A DNA stretch of 64,000 nucleotides, taken from positions 5,039 to 69,038 of the forward strand of contig SYLI01000055.1 of assembly GCA_005809105.1 (NCBI GenBank), given 5' to 3'. Source of the stretch: Verrucomicrobiales bacterium (GTDB lineage: Bacteria > Verrucomicrobiota > Verrucomicrobiia > Limisphaerales > UBA1100). Below the pieces are notes generated by a model. It ran no database searches and was not told the origin of the DNA. It worked only from the letters and a program-made list of their open reading frames with translations. Shown here one piece after another: positions 62,565 to 64,000 of this stretch (positions are counted from its first letter, which is position 1; the number at the start of each line of letters is the position of its first letter). The position numbers and the translations under genes were made by a program.

Positions 62565-64000
62565 CTGGCTTTGACTTCAGGGGGCTGTTCGTCTGCGATC
62601 TGGCAAATAATCATCAGGGCAGTGTCGCTCACGCTCTTAAGATCATTGAGGAAGTGGGCCGGGTGGCTGCCGCCAACCATGCGCGTACCGCCTTCAAGTT
62701 CCAGTTTCGAGAATTGGATACCTTCGTTCATCCAAGGCACCGCCAAGGCAGCGACAACAAACACATCCCTCGGTTTCTAGGCACACGCCTGACCACGGGC
62801 GATTTCGAAAAGCTCACTCAGGCTGTGCGCGCGGCGGGAATGATCACGATGGCGACGCCGTTCGATGAGGCTTCCGTGGAACTGTTTGACCAATTGGACA
62901 TCAACGTGGTCAAAGTGGCCAGTTGCTCGGCGACGGACTGGCCACTGCTGGAGAAGATCGCATCGTTCAACCGGCCAGTGGTCGTTTCCACCGGGGGTCT
63001 AACCTTGGATCAGGTCGATGACTTGGTGAGCTATTTTGAGCATCGCCGCGTGGACTTCGCGTTGATGCATTGCGTGTCCATCTACCCCACTCCGCTGGCG
63101 CAGCTGGAGCTCAATCAGATCGACTTGCTCCGTCGTCGGCACCCCGGGAGGGTGGTTGGGTTTTCAACACATGAGGATCCGGATGAACTGACGCCTGTAG
63201 CGGCGGCAGTGGCGAAGGGAGCCCAGATTTTAGAACGGCATGTGGGATTGCCCACCGCTGAAACCAAACTCAACGGCTACTCTTCGACACCGGCCCAGAT
63301 CGACCGCTGGATGAAGGAGGCCGCCCGCGCGTGGCTGGCATGTGGCAGCATGACACGCCGTCCTGCATCAGAGGTGGAGCTCGGATCGTTGCGTTCGTTG
63401 CAGCGTGGAGCGTTTGCAAGCCGCGACGTGAAGAAAGGAGAAACACTTGTTCGCGAGGATGTGTATTTCGCCATGCCTTGCGACTCAGGCCAACTCACGT
63501 CCGGCTGCTGGCGAGCCGGCATCATCGCGGCAGCTGATATGGCCAAGGACGCGCCACTGGCCTTGACCGCCATTGAATTGCCCCAAGTCTCGGAAAAGGC
63601 GGTGCTGTTCCATGCCATCCACGCGATCAAGTCCATGCTCAACGAGGCCCAAGTCAAACTTCCCACAGATTTCCAACTGGAGTTTTCTCACCATTACGGG
63701 ATCCCGCGCTTCCGGGAAATTGGGGCCACCATCATCGACTGCATCAACCGTGCCTACTGCAAAAAAATCATCGTTCAGCTGCCGGGCCAGTTCCACCCCA
63801 ATCACTACCACAAGAGCAAGGAGGAGGCTTTCCAAGTCTTGAGCGGTGTGTTGCAGGTGCGGATCGATGACCGTGAGCGCACGCTTCTGGCCGGGGATAT
63901 TCTCGTGGTGCCCCAAGGTGTGTGGCACGAGTTTTGGACGGAGGGGGGCGTAATTTTTGAGGAGATCTCCACGACACATTTCAACAACGATTCCTTCTAC
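62561..64000 (+). CDS. NeuB-family (nonulosonic/sialic acid synthase-like) protein with SAF domain and C-terminal cupin, 3' partial
   Basis: Not in the ORF track because the frame has no stop before the window end; I translated it by hand. ATGA overlap with the upstream gene. Motifs FVCDLANNHQGS, KFQ, ATPFDE, VKVASCSATDW, STGG, HCVSIYPTP, STHE, ERHV. These are followed by a SAF-like region (RGAFASRDVKKGETL), then HYHKSKEEAFQVLSGVL..VVPQGVWHEFW (cupin). Confidence 0.8.
   Translation, partial: MTGFDFRGLFVCDLANNHQGSVAHALKIIEEVGRVAAANHARTAFKFQFRELDTFVHPRHRQGSDNKHIPRFLGTRLTTGDFEKLTQAVRAAGMITMATPFDEASVELFDQLDINVVKVASCSATDWPLLEKIASFNRPVVVSTGGLTLDQVDDLVSYFEHRRVDFALMHCVSIYPTPLAQLELNQIDLLRRRHPGRVVGFSTHEDPDELTPVAAAVAKGAQILERHVGLPTAETKLNGYSSTPAQIDRWMKEAARAWLACGSMTRRPASEVELGSLRSLQRGAFASRDVKKGETLVREDVYFAMPCDSGQLTSGCWRAGIIAAADMAKDAPLALTAIELPQVSEKAVLFHAIHAIKSMLNEAQVKLPTDFQLEFSHHYGIPRFREIGATIIDCINRAYCKKIIVQLPGQFHPNHYHKSKEEAFQVLSGVLQVRIDDRERTLLAGDILVVPQGVWHEFWTEGGVIFEEISTTHFNNDSFY

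Noticed and set aside
1-64000. A search for CRISPR arrays, tRNA or rRNA genes, IS elements or transposases, toxin-antitoxin pairs and known defence-system genes.
   Set aside because: No spaced direct repeats, cloverleaf-sized conserved intergenic segments, transposase or integrase motifs (other than Xer) or nuclease/ATPase defence signatures were recognised. The longest non-coding gap is about 320 nt.

Overview
This is a GC-rich, gene-dense bacterial chromosomal window. By eye the GC content is mid-60s %, dropping visibly at 9.9-10.4 kb and from 58.7 kb to the end; I did not compute it. I support 46 protein-coding genes. I could not recognise any rRNA, tRNA, CRISPR array, transposase or phage gene.

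The gene content points to the PVC superphylum (Verrucomicrobiota or Planctomycetota). The evidence is many DUF1549/DUF1553 (PSCyt/PSD) plus DUF1501 gene pairs, a DUF1592-family plus DUF1552 pair, and a Pirellula/Verrucomicrobium-type heme-binding dehydrogenase.

- **1-38.5 kb:** The dominant structure is eight tandem two-gene modules. Each pairs a Sec- or lipoprotein-exported protein carrying CxxCH motifs with a Tat-signal protein. The partner is DUF1501 (which I recall as having an alkaline-phosphatase/sulfatase-like fold) in seven modules and DUF1552 in one.
  - The modules are interleaved with periplasmic sugar-oxidation and sugar-acid genes: DUF1080, a PQQ-like propeller, an MBL hydrolase, gluconolactonases, a cytochrome c-PQQ sugar dehydrogenase and an enolase-superfamily dehydratase.
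  - They fall into two co-varying subtypes.
  - One module is interrupted by a low-GC orphan ORF and carries a DUF1501 copy with a substituted N-terminal GGPSHxD motif.
- **38.5-48.9 kb:** A UxuA-like / non-canonical Nramp-like / M81 (MlrC-like) peptidase operon, two transporters, and a heme-binding dehydrogenase coupled to an MFS transporter.
- **48.9-58.7 kb:** Housekeeping genes (ruvC, ruvA, priA, purC, a Xer recombinase) mixed with glycan genes.
- **58.7-64 kb:** A lower-GC glycan-biosynthesis block ending in a NeuB-SAF-cupin fusion that is cut by the window edge.

All family calls come from motif recognition in the supplied translations. No database search was run. Start codons are often ambiguous because the ORF track extends to the most upstream ATG/GTG/TTG.
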